Shown here: in pieces, positions 13,611 to 26,400 of the stretch | How positions within the stretch are numbered: the first letter of the stretch is position 1 | Layout: every line of letters begins with the position of its first letter | NCBI RefSeq assembly: GCF_026571515.1 | Contig: NW_026864029.1 | Coordinates: forward strand, 1 to 64,000 | Length of the DNA: 64,000 bases | DNA from: Ruditapes philippinarum | Taxonomy: Eukaryota | Direction: 5' to 3' | Notes under the pieces: generated by a model | Database searches by the model: none | What the model was told of the DNA's origin: nothing | The model's input: the letters and a program-made list of their open reading frames with translations, nothing else | Translations under genes and position numbers: made by a program

Positions 13611-15242
13611 CTTTTCAAAAAGTAGATTTTAAATGTGTGTGCAACTATAACATAGATAAAGGGGTCTTTCAAACGGTATGTATTGTTTGTTTTTCGGCCG
13701 TAGGCTGTTTGAATCCGCTGCGACATTCGTTAGACTAAAAGCTTTTTGCCATCCTTTTGCCGGTTCTTTCCGATATAAAAAAGTTTTCTATGCCATTATT
13801 AAGCACTGATAATAGTTCTGCATGATAAGAACACTTTTAACTAATCGAGTATTACAAAAAGACATTTGTAAAATCTAGAAACAAATGGATCGATTTTTTA
13901 GTTGAACATTTTCAAATTTGCTCAATGGACCGTTGATATATATAAGGATTATACTCGGCGTTTTTTATGACCAATAAAGCACCGACATGACCGTGAGCAA
14001 GAAAAAAACACGTAAGCTGAGCGCTTTCAGAAACTTTAATGTAGTCCTCGTCTTCCCGATGCTGTGGCAGACTGGTGTTTTCTTTGTACCATGACTGGTA
14101 TATAGTACCTGGTATATTCAAAGTTTTTTTTTTTAATTACAGACATCAGAGAATGGCAAGGCTATTGGGTATCTTTATAAATTAGACTGTAAACCCATTG
14201 TTACCGAAACAAGTCTACCATCCGGTTGGTCAACTGTTGCATTTGAACATCAGGTAAACAACAAAAATCTTTTTGGACAAACTATATCCTTCTTCTTACG
14301 AGTTGCAACCTTTTTTTCACCTTGCCCATGATTTTCTTGTGTGTTAAGATAATATGCTTACACAAACAATAGTAGCAATTTTTCAGTATGATAAATTAAA
14401 AAGGTGTTTTCCTAGCAACTCATTCTCTCCCTACATTTATATTTTAAATAAATGCAGTGTATCTTTATATCTTAAGTATAAATTAAAGACTTATAAAATC
14501 ATCGGGCCGGTGCTATAATTGTACACATATAAGATTGGTATTTTTAATTGACTATGCACATGTCACAGTAATAAGAAATTTGCCTGCCTGCCTTCTGCTA
14601 CCTACCTACCTGTTTGCCTGCATGCATCCATGCCTATACCTACCTACCCTACTCCACCCTACCCGTCCTCTTGCTTTTGCTCTTGCTATATATCTAGCAT
14701 ATGTTTTCCTTCTATTTTTATTCCATACGAATTTGCAGATGCATATCACTTGATTCATGATTTATATTATTTCGTTCTTTGTAATGTGTGCTTTATTTCG
14801 GTAATTAGAATGATATTGTGTTAATAAACAGCATAAAGTTGTCAGTTTGATATTATACATCAGTTAAACAGGCATTTTCATAGCATGTATATATACGAAT
14901 ATATTTTAAAAATATATTGATAAAATAATTGAATTGTCATCTTTTACATTTTTTTCAGATTCTGTTTAAGCGCAAAATATTTTCATATGTTTCAAAATGC
15001 CTGATGATTCGATGATATTATAAGCCGTTGTATTGTAGTATCAGTTATGAATGGCCACCAACACGGATTCATTAAGACGACACTTACAATTATTGTATCC
15101 AGATTAGAAACTGAACGCTTTCTAAATAAGATGCTTTGGCAATCTTTCAAGTTTTAAATATATAAAAGAAAAAAAGCCAACAATCCCCACAAAAAAGAAA
15201 CACCCCACACTAAAAAAAAAAAAAAAAAAAAAAAAAAAACAA

Positions 15243-15283
<41 letters not shown>

Positions 15284-15460
15284 GGGAAAGGTGTAAGCTT
15301 ATTTTGTGAGGAAAAAACAAAACTTAAAATTATAAGAACGATTCCTTTCATCGTGTGTCCTACAACAATGTTAGCCGATGTAACAACTAATAAGTGCTCA
15401 AAGTCGTAAAGCATGTCAATTCTCCAACCCACTTATCAACTTTTTGCCACCGATACTTAT

Positions 15461-15655
15461 TTGAGCAGCGTCATGACAAAACCAACAAAGTGCGTTTGCG
15501 ACCAGCATTGATCCAGACCAGCCTGCGCATCCGCGCAGTCTGATCAGGATCCATGCTGTTCGCTTTCAGTTACTTTCCTTGTAATACAGTTTGTATGGTC
15601 TGTATCCATGCTGAGCGCACACGCACTATGTTGGATTTGTCATGACGCGGCTTAT
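15461..15655. mobile_element. Internally deleted copy of the palindromic MITE family
   Basis: Shares GCGACCAGCA..GATCCAGACCAGCCTGCGCATCCGCGCAGTCTGATCAGGATCCATGCTG with 31478-31717 and 61748-61986. Confidence 0.75.
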
Positions 15656-17229
15656 TTCTAATTGCAAGCATACACAATGTGTATGAACATTCAATATTAT
15701 TTTGTTTCAGAAAGGATATGTTCTAAGGGATCCTCAGACAAAAATAGAAGTGTGTCAAGAGGAAGTTGTCTACAGACATATGTAAATATTTATATTTAAA
15801 ACATTAACTTAAAGAAAGTATTTGCAAAATATTTACAATGATCAAATATAGAACAAATTGGCATTTATATAAAACATAAACGTCAACGTAATATCCTTTT
15901 TTCATAATTCATGATTAAGTATTTCATATACGATAACAAACTGTAATCTTCATCACGTGCACGTCTTCATATCTGTATAGGATTCAAAGTTAACTATGAT
16001 TCGATAACAATAACATTTAACAAACTATTTTGGTGATGCATATGTGCAGTTAATTTGTGTACCAAATGATGCATCATTCAAAACCTATAATTGCCATTCA
16101 GTGAAATTAGCATCACGACTTTGGACATAATATGCATTTATACTTTGTCGAACAAACAACAAATATGGAATATGGACAGGCTTTCAATGATGCTATAAGT
16201 TTTGAACGACGTGCCATCTTTTTCCATTTATTCACATTCATATGCAGTACATCGATGTTGTCACATAGTCACATAATGATTTGTATTATTTAAACAATTA
16301 CTGGTAAATCACTCAAGTTCGTTGGCCTGAAATTTGTGGATCTGTCACAAAGGACATTTCCTTGGGTTCTTAAATTCGCAGATTGTCTTTTTTCGAACAA
16401 AATTGAAATGCAAAATAATGTTACAGTAAACGAAATGAAATTCCGTTCAACTTGGATCTTGATTTCGTGAATCATTTGACCTGTCCACGAAAACCACGAA
16501 AAAAACCTCCACGAATAATACTGATTTTGAAGTAATTGGTAATGATTTTACATCGTATCATGATAATAAACATTAGAAATATCCATTTGTATGGTCTTTA
16601 CCATGTTATCAGATGATTAGACCTCTTTTTTGTACACAAGTGTCATCGACTAACAGTACAGATGTAACGACATCCACTACACAGCTCCCAACAACACCAC
16701 AACCAACAACAACAACAACACGGCCAACAACGACAACAACAAAATTGACTACAACAACAAAACCGACTACACCAGGTATATAGTAGTATTACCAGTAGAA
16801 AGAAAACAAAACAATTTTCAAAATACAGAAACCGAAACCCTTAAGAATACGCCAAACGGCAAAAATGAAATGATTGCGTCTGTCCTTTGGCGGCAGTAAT
16901 TAGTGGAAACTACCTTCCAGGTCCCTACCACCGGCTTTATTTATTTATTTATTTATTGTTTCGCTCATTGTGTTCTCGTTTAGGCCACACACATTCTTTT
17001 TTCTTGAAAGTCAGATGCCGCTTTTCATGGAATTGCACGAAAGTTTCACATTGAAGACGCCAGGATAACGACCGCATTAACATATCTGCAGATGTGTCTT
17101 TATTCCAAATTTCACCATTGTCATGTTTACATGTTGAATACTACTAAGTCTGTACGGTGATAAGCGGCGTGAACGGTAGCATTCATTTATTTTTAGTTTT
17201 TTTATTATTACTATTTTATTGCTTTGTGC

Positions 17230-17496
17230 CGTGGCCAAGTGGTTAAGGTCGTTGAATTCAAACCACTTGTCCCTCATCGCTGTGGGTTCGAATCCCGACA
17301 GGGACTTTGGATTCTTTCATGTAAGGAAGCTAGCCAGCTAGCTTACGGAACGTCAGTGATTCTACTCAGGTGCCCGTTCGTGCCTGAAATAATGCACGGA
17401 AGGGCACCTGAGGTCTTCCTCAACCAGTAAAGCTGGAACGTCGCGATATGACATATACTGTGTCGATGTGACGTAAAACCCAGAAACAAACAAACA
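17230..17496 (+). mobile_element. tRNA-derived SINE
   Basis: A box TGGCCAAGTGG, B box GGGTTCGAATCCC, (AAAC)n tail, 12-bp TSD ATTGCTTTGTGC (17218-17229 and 17497-17508). Decayed relatives at ~35110-35180, ~37200-37375 and ~61230-61430. Confidence 0.85.
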
Positions 17497-20400
17497 ATTG
17501 CTTTGTGCTTTTGAATGTTAAGCCGGATGTTTTCAAAATTAATGTTAATTGAACTTAGGAAATTGATTTTCTGTACCGTAATGCTTTACAATGGTTGTTA
17601 TTTATTTTTCTGTATATCCAATAGCCCCAGTTTATGTGTGTCCATCATCTATCCAAAAAGCGCATCACAGGAAAATACCATGCTTTTCATAAATAACAAA
17701 TTAAAAATGTGTTACGAAATGATGATACAGCCAGAAACATGGGCAAGTGCGGACAATGCTTGTAAAGTTAAAGGTGGTCATCTCGTCACTATATCAAGCG
17801 CCACGGACGAGCAAGAAGTATATCAATACGTCCGTTCATATGGACATGAAACATGGATTGGTTTGAATGATGTGAAGACAGAAGAGAAATTTATGTGGAC
17901 ATCTGGTACGTACGTACTCGTGGTTTTAATCTTTATCATTTAACATATATATAGTGTTAAAACAGTATTGCTTTTTGAAAGAATATGAGTATATTGTATA
18001 AGTCTATACATTGCATTCTAGCATATCAATTAACCTGCTGAAAACGATATATATCCAACACAAATTAACAATGCTTTATAGTGTGTGGGCTTTAAAACTT
18101 TTCTCATTCTAAATATTGTTAAAATACGTGAAGTGGTGGATAAGATATTTTCAAATTTAAGATAACTTGGATGTCCGTAACCTATCACCTATCTTCTTCT
18201 AACGCAGTCATTGCAATAAAAAACATCATGAAACAAGCCAGTTCTTACCCCTTTTGGTACCTATTTGGGTGCCGTTGCTTTATGATATTATTGTGGCTGC
18301 TTTTCGTAAAGGTTGTTTATCTATATTTTCATGTTTTATGCTTTTTATTTGTATGAAATGTGTAAGGGAGATGTAATGACTATTTTCATTTCCCTTCATT
18401 ACTCATTTTATTTGTTACAATAATTGGGAATACTACAGGTTTGAAGAAATTGTATATTGGCGCTTATAAAGGTATAAATGAATAAGCTGTGGATGCTTTT
18501 ATTGATTTCAATGATAATTATTTCTGAATGAGAATCATTAAAGATATAATAAACAAAACCTATACATAACTCCTTATTCGGTATTTCAAAAATTATATGT
18601 TTTATAATTATTTTTTATAGGTAAACCTGTTGTGTATTTAAATTGGTACCCAGGCCGGAAGAGTCCTCTTTCTCATGATATAGAGGACTGCGTCGCATTG
18701 GGTCCGAATACTGGGACATGGGAGGATATGGATTGTTCACTGAGACATGCGTATGTCTGTGAATATAGTAAGTGTATTCATATTTCCATATAGCTGATTT
18801 GAAGATATTTATTTACCCAAAACAAATGAATACAGGTTGCGCTACCCTAAATTTTGGTGCGCTACTTTAACGGCTCGGTACCTATTCATTTACATAAAAC
18901 CTTTTTAAGGGTAAAGGGGAAGTTTATCTTTATCCGTCTTTCCCTATTTGGAGAGTTCTAGCTTATGATATGTTAAAATATAACGGAATCGATAAAAATT
19001 TCTTGAAATGGGAAATAAAAATAAATATAAACGACAAAAATAAATACGAACCTACCTGTTAATTAAGGGAACACAACATGATTACTCTGAAAATGTACTA
19101 CTTGTGCAATATATATCCAGTAAGTTTGAACATGACAATCACCATTATAATGCCCTCTCCATGCTTGTTACAGAAGCAGTGATTGGGAACGCCAACGACA
19201 CTAATTGGCAGATGATAACAACATCACAGTCGTCAATATACTCAGATGGTACGGTCATATCTCCACATATCTATCCAATATAATAACTGTAATGTTGAAA
19301 TATATTCCTTTCAAGAACGTTTAGACCTATAACTTCATACCAATTTACAATTGGCCGTTTCAAACGTAGAAAATATGTAGAAAATAATATCTATTAAATT
19401 TTATCTGTTTATTGTAATGCATTTTTATACCTTTATAGAAAATAAACGCCAACAATTGAATCAAAATATTAAAATGTTAAATCGAGATCAACGCCTTGAA
19501 AGACGGAATAACGTCCAAAAGATAGCACAATTACATAATAAAATAATGTTTACTAGCCCATGTAATATACCACTGAATAATAAAGGACAGGGCTTACCCG
19601 TACCCGATCTATTTAACATGTTACACATTTTGTTTGAAACCTTTATACCAGGGAATACTACTCAATGCCCAGCAAACGTCCAATCTGCATCAATGAAAGA
19701 TAATACAGTACTTGGACAATATAAATCCAGTTGTTATGAGCTGATACCAAATATTCGAGTAAGCTGGTCACATGGAGAACAGGTGTGTGTACAGCGGGGA
19801 GGTCACCTTGCATATATCATTGATGCAGACGAGCAAGGCTTTGTGCATCATTTCTTAAGTCGCTATTCCTCAAGACATGCGGTCTGGATTGGTCTTCATG
19901 ACACAAAAATAGAAAACCATTTCGAATGGACGTCAGGTATGATAAATTTAGAAACGTGGTGAGTGAATCTCTGTATTGTTAAGACACGATTTATCGACCT
20001 GTGAGTAGCAGATATACATGATCATAAAAGTAAAGATATATACTATGTAATTGTGGAGCCTTTGTTTTGGGAGGCTTGCACTGGATAAGCATACCTACTG
20101 TTATGATCGATAAATCACAATTTATCTGACCTGTGATATTCGAATAGAAGATAGACGTTTAAGATCAGTGATTGAAGTAGAGATTTACTATGCTATGCAA
20201 TACATGTAGTTGAGCCTTTTTGTCGCCGCCTTTACTTGTTGATCTTGTTTATCATATTTTGCGGTGGGTAACCTTAAATGTGTTTACTTGATACGTGTTG
20301 TTACTGTTGCCCCATAACATTCGCACGTCACATAATACAATGTAGATGTAAGTGCACTGTAAAATATTTACCTGGACACCCTTTGAATAAGGCATTGAGA

Positions 20401-22199
20401 CATTCAACGTACTTTTCGACCATCACATCTAAAATATTGAATCTTTTATATAGGCATACGTATGACAGCAAACATTAATTATGAGATGATGCAATAACAA
20501 ACTATAACTATACTTCATAACAGGAAGCAGTGTTAGTTACACAAATTGGGTCCCTGATCATTTGAATAATTTTGGCGCACATGGTTACGAAGATTGTGTT
20601 GCATTTGTACCGTATAAAGATGGCAAATGGGATGACATTCACTGTGGGGAAAGCATCAAGCTCATCGACCATGACCTCGGAGAAGTTCATCCTGTAATTT
20701 GTCAATATGGTATGTCATTTGAAAGATAATTGGATTTCGATTCATAAAATGATTTTGTAGTATTGTTTTTGAACGTGGCTCTGTGCAATAAATTAATCAA
20801 AAGTAAACAAAAATACTTAGTTTAGTAATTTAGGGTTTTGCTGTACTGACACAATTTGTTGTACATACAGTGTTCATCAGTTCTTTTCCCTTTCAAGTAT
20901 GCAATTTCTGCTTTAAAAATGAGTATAAGATGCCGAATCTGATTCAATCGCATGAAAAGCAGATTGTCGCTTTTGCTCCGTACCAACTTGGCGAAAGGCT
21001 AGGGAAAAAGGGGTTTGTAAGGGGTATGATTTTATAATGGATATGATAAAAATACACCTGTTAAAAAGCCGCCAACAAACGAAAAATTTTCCCCCGTTTA
21101 AGAAACGCAAACAATTTTAAAGGTTTTCTTGAAAGATTAAAAGTTCGAAATCGACAAACCTTGGTTTTTTGGTTTTTAATTATTTATCATATTTCGTTAA
21201 CATTTAATTTTTCTTCGTAAAAATTGATTAATGATTTTTAAAAATTTTGCGATTGCCGAAAATTCAAAAAGCTCTTGGGTAAAATAGGCTCAGAAGGAAA
21301 CAATATGTCATCTAGCGACATGTTAATAAAATCATTGTCCTACTTGCAATGTTGTCTTTGTTTCTATGTTTTCCACGTCAATTTGTTGTATTGGTATTTC
21401 AACTAAATATGATGTTTTAAGCGTCGAACAAAATATGACATTTTAAGCGTACATCGATTGAAATATCATAATGATATAACGATTATATCAGTTCTTCTGT
21501 ATCACAATTGCAAATAATCTTTTACTGTTTAAAGCATGTGCCATCAACACAAAACAAAAATAGGTTCACAAATTGCGACTCAGTACAGATTAGGAGCATA
21601 CAAACCCCGAAACTTCACAGTTGACTGACAACGTCAAACAATACGTCAATAACATAGGCAAATAAGGAATCATAAAATATTTTAACTCAAATACATGTAC
21701 CTAAAATGACTAAAAATAACCGGAATACGTACTATGTTTGATAGTTTCAAGACTTGTAAGACAGATTCATTTCCAATGGGATAATGCCGATATGTGCATA
21801 CAGTTCTAAAACCGTTCTACGACATTACGAGTTAACTTTATTTGCCAAATGCAATTATCAATAAAAACTATTTGTTTATGTAGCATCGTGTCGCAAAAGA
21901 GTGATAGTTTGTTTACTTGTTCCATATCCCTGTAACTTTTGATATGATATAATTATATTCTTCTTTATACTATTGCACAGTAAAATATTTATAAAAATTC
22001 CTTATATATGTGGCCAACTGGTTCAGGAACAAAATTCTTCCAGAGATCGTCTCTGAACAAGAACAAGTTCAAATATAAAGGCCTTTAACGCCCTGTTTTG
22101 TGTGCTATCGCCTTTGTAGCTTGATTTAGACGACATGTATACTGCATGTATAAACCTATGCTGTTGTTTAATATTTGCAATTCAGCGATTGTGGAAGCA

Positions 22200-22610
22200 T
22201 TCAATACGATAAATCAAAATATAAGAAGGCGGCTTACAACTGACGAGATGAATAAAGGGGTGAGTATATTCCGGACAGTCATGTTTCAGATTCAGGTTGC
22301 CAGTATATTGAATGTTTCCCACCATTTTGTTCAACGAATAATGATTCGATTCCAAATCGAAGAAATTGTAGCACAATTACACGACGGTTAACGTTCTATG
22401 TGTATAACGCAGGCATAAGACAGATATATTGTGCTTAACGCCAATTGCAATTGTTTCCAGAACGCTATTTCGTTAAGAGACAGCTTGCAGAATTAAAATA
22501 ATGTACCGGAACTACCCAGAAATTATTATATAGATGGCATTATGCTGGTATGAATGTCGCACGACTTACCATTTGTTTTCCTTTGACGGATAACCACGTC
22601 AGTGAACTTT
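22200..22610 (+). mobile_element. Decayed Tc1-like transposase N-terminal (HTH) relic
   Basis: RRRLTTDEMNKGVSIF...QIQVASILNVSHHFVQRIMIRF, followed by TQA*DRYIVL and PLTDNH, resembles the Tc1 paired-like HTH region. Mostly absent from the paralogous region at 2700-2890. Confidence 0.6.
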
Positions 22611-23422
22611 TTTGTAGGCCCGTAACCCAAAAAGTTGGGCCCCTTTGTTGTTGGTACATTGACAGAAGAAGAGTAATGTTGCAAAATTATTGAAGAACAT
22701 TTACAATTTCATGCTTGTGCAGTGGGAAAAAACCTTTATCAGTCATAAAAATCTACCATTTGTTATATTCGTACTCACATTTTATATGTATCAGAATATT
22801 TTTGTGTACAACAAATTTCACGTTTTTGCAGCGAATAAAATTGTAGAAAATTGTAGTTGAACCTGATTTTTATCTTCGCATTTTTGTTCTGCTGACAAAG
22901 GGACATCATTCTATTTTTCTCAGATTAAAGATTAAACTATTTTCTGGTCAGTAAAAATCATAAAACGGTGTTCCATGACTTTGTATATACGTAAGTGTAT
23001 AAGAAAAGTATTGGTGTTGTTTTATAATAACTTTGATTCTGTTGTTGGAAAGACTTAAGTTGTATAAGGTAGTGGAATAATACGAGTACATAGCACATGT
23101 ATACAGGTTAATATTTTAAAAAAAAGATCCTGGTTGGATCGTAAATAAAATGTATTCTCAGTGAAAGAGCCATATTAAGATAACTTAGGGAATATATATG
23201 TGTCAAATACGTGTAAGTCATGTCTTATTTTGATCTTATCTATAATTTATCCATCATTGAGTTATTTTCATTTACGTTTATGTTTCAACAAAAATAGATA
23301 AGGCCAGTTTAAACCTGTAAAATTTCAAAATTCACGACATTGTATGCACATTTTCCTATTTTTATGTCAACTAGTAATATTTTACATTCATAACTGTTTT
23401 AAAGTGACTTTGAGTAACCATA

Positions 23423-26400
23423 ATGATTTTAATTATTTTTATTTATCTGTCTTTGATAAGTGCATACGTTAGGGCGGATTTTGATTGTTTATGTAATTAC
23501 AATGTGGAAAAAAGTGTCCTGGCATCGGTAAGTATACAATTTTTTATGTTTTTCAACAATATGAATATGCCATTACGTGTACTTCATATGTTTATAGATG
23601 GATGAGTAGTTGTCAAGTAAGCCACAGAACGACTGTGCCAATAACGCGCATGTAAACAAACGTACAAATTGACTTTCTACTTAGGACAATGAAGACGTGG
23701 TCAATATATGATTGAAAATAACGAGTTCAAACAGTTCCAATAGAGAACAACAGAAACATTTAAAAGAACACATTTGAAGCACAATTTTAATAATAAATAA
23801 TATTAGTAGTAACAACAACTAAAATATCATGTACATAATTATTTTCTTCCTCACATTAGACTTATTATACAATAGGTTTCGAAAACTTAAATAATTTTTC
23901 TTATATGTAGGCCTCAGAACAAAGCCAACCAATTGGCTACATGTACGAGTTTGACTGTAAACCAACTTTAAGCAAGTCTTTAGCACCGGCAGAGTGGACA
24001 GTGATTGCATATGAACACCAGGTATGTGCATTTGTTTTTGACCTTTACAACGCGTATTATGTAAAATTCACCTGTAATTATGCATTGTTATTTTATAGCT
24101 TTGTGATATGAAAGGTCAACATCATATAGTCATTCTTAATAATTCAGGCCCGTTTTGACATTCAAAATCGCAATTTAACAGATATGTTTATTTTGGATCA
24201 AAACACATTTGCAAATGTGAACATACGTCGATGATCTTTAAAACCTTGCACATGAGATGCAGCGTACGAGGGGAAGTATGAAAATATCCGGACTTTTGAC
24301 TCGTCCTCGAAAACCATTCAACATTTAAAAAAAACATTTCTTCCCTCTTTCAAAATATTCTCCACCTACGTCTACGCACTTTTGCCATCTTCGTGGGAGC
24401 TTTTGTACTCCCGCTGTGAACCATGACGTAAACCTATGTTTTAGGTTCTGTGTAACAGCAGATATCAAAGCCGCCCTGGTCTAATATTTCTTTCCCCCAG
24501 TTCTGGAAACAAATAAAAGTAACAGGGGGCTAGGTCTGGGCTATAAGGAGGGTGAGATTGCCAATTGCCATTTGTAAGAGTTGGTAACCTCCACTGTAGC
24601 TGCTGCGGTATGGGAGGGTGTTATCGTGAAGGGTGACATTTTTCTGGGGACGCATTTGCTTCAGCTTTTCTCTGAGATTTTTCAGAATTACTTCAGAATA
24701 GTACTTGGCGGTGACAGTTTGACCTTTTGGCATGAAATGAGTAAGTATCATTCCTCGTGAATCCAAGAAGGCAACAAGCATGACTTTGCCAGCCGAAGGA
24801 GACAGCTTAAACTTTTTAGGAGGTTGGGAACCAGCTCGTTTCCACTGCTTTGACTGAGCTTTTGTCTCAGGTTCGGAATAATGAACCCACATCTCATCTC
24901 CAGTGATAATGCGGTTCAAAAACTTATCTCCTTCACGATTAAAACGACTTAAATGTTCTTTTGCATTGGTTACTCTGGTTGCCTTTTGATCGAAACACCT
25001 ATCATATATCACAGGGCAAAATACTGTGTATACACAACTTTCTTTGAAAATAAACTGACCACGTTATTGTATAATAAAAGTATATATAATGTGTGTATAT
25101 AGCTGCACGTGGAAAGAGAGGAGCATGAAAAGTCTAGATATTTTCTGACCGTCCCTCGTATGTCTTATGCTTTGGCCAAAAGCTTTAAAACAATTGGCAG
25201 AATTCTTAAAGAAATGTTAGATTGGAAATTTGATACATCAAAATGACAGATTTAAGTACATTACTTTTTTATTTTAAAGACAATACAGCAAGACATTACT
25301 AGTATCGCATAAGCCATTTTATTTAGATTTACTTCTACACATACTCTTGTTTATAAACACTTTAGTCATATATTTTTCAGACAGGCTTTGTTAAAACAGA
25401 TGACAATACAAAAGTCCAAGTTTGCCCAGGCGAAGTATCTCTGGATGACAGATGTAAATTTCATCAAATGCTTATTTATACTTTCAAATTTTAACAACAC
25501 AGAATACTGTATACCAATAACGTTTTGACTTCCTGATTGTAATGTACATTATTACACACATTGAATACTTTGTGATAAATAAATATTTCACAATCATGCA
25601 AATTTTTATCATAAAACTAATAATTTGGAAAATTTAAAAGAAAATTTGACATTGTTGATAGAAGACATAAGATTATAAATTGTAGTATGTAAATAACTTT
25701 GTTGTCATATTGTTTCTGGTCCTTCGGGATCATTGATTCTTGCACGCTAGCAATGTCGCTTGAGAGACGTTACACTTTTTCATTATCTTTTATAAACAGG
25801 CTTTACCAAACTGAGTCTGTATTTTTCATAAAATTTTGTTGTTTTCACTGCTTCAGAAAGATCACCCCTTTGCCATTTTTGTAATGTTATATATATCATA
25901 TTTATTAATTAGTGACGACATTGTCTGCTCCCAATGTACAAACATCAACCTCACCAAGTGTAGAATCAACGACAACCTATGTACAAACTTCAATGTCAAC
26001 ACAGGAATCGACATCAACGGCGGCAGTTATGTCAACAACAACGACAACAGTAAAGTCAACAACACATTTAGCAACAACTTCAGAGACAGCAGTGATGCTT
26101 ACGACAACATCACCTAATCCCACAACTACTGTAGCATCTATTACAGTAACAACTGACAACGGAAATACAACAGGTTCATATACATAAATTTATTCCGCAT
26201 CGAATTTGAAAGAATTGACGTTCATGTGGCCAAAATTTAGAATCACATACAGTCATCAATTCTTAAAACTAATACGGGTTTCTATAATTCCCTAAGGTAT
26301 TTCGAGCAAAACGACTTATGTTGAGGTGAATAGGCGAGAACTTATATATACAATTAACAATTATATTAATACAATATGTACAATAAAATACTAACAGTGT

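Larger units (their letters stand above)
13610..21282 (+). pseudogene. C-type lectin gene C (paralog of A), probable pseudogene
   Basis: Exons ~13610-13675 (start and signal peptide replaced by LINE), 14143-14253, 15711-15781 (71 nt versus 73 in paralogs), 16641-16775, 17625-17905 (281 versus 282 nt; 1-nt deletion in A-run 17655-17659), 18621-18767, 19174-19248, 19652-19936, 20524-20709. The last exon at ~21250-21282 lacks its AG. Confidence 0.8.

Noticed and set aside
15154-15432. Poly-Phe and Lys-rich ORFs (also 38049-38288)
   Set aside because: Translations of A-rich low-complexity tracts.
17230-17305. tRNA gene
   Set aside because: The A and B boxes continue into a SINE body with a simple-repeat tail and TSD.
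15711-17660. Compensating frameshifts (-2 and -1) rescuing lectin C
   Set aside because: The shifted frame hits TAA at 16651-16653. Using the alternative AG at 16656 restores the mucin frame, but the exon 5 deletion then gives a stop shortly after.
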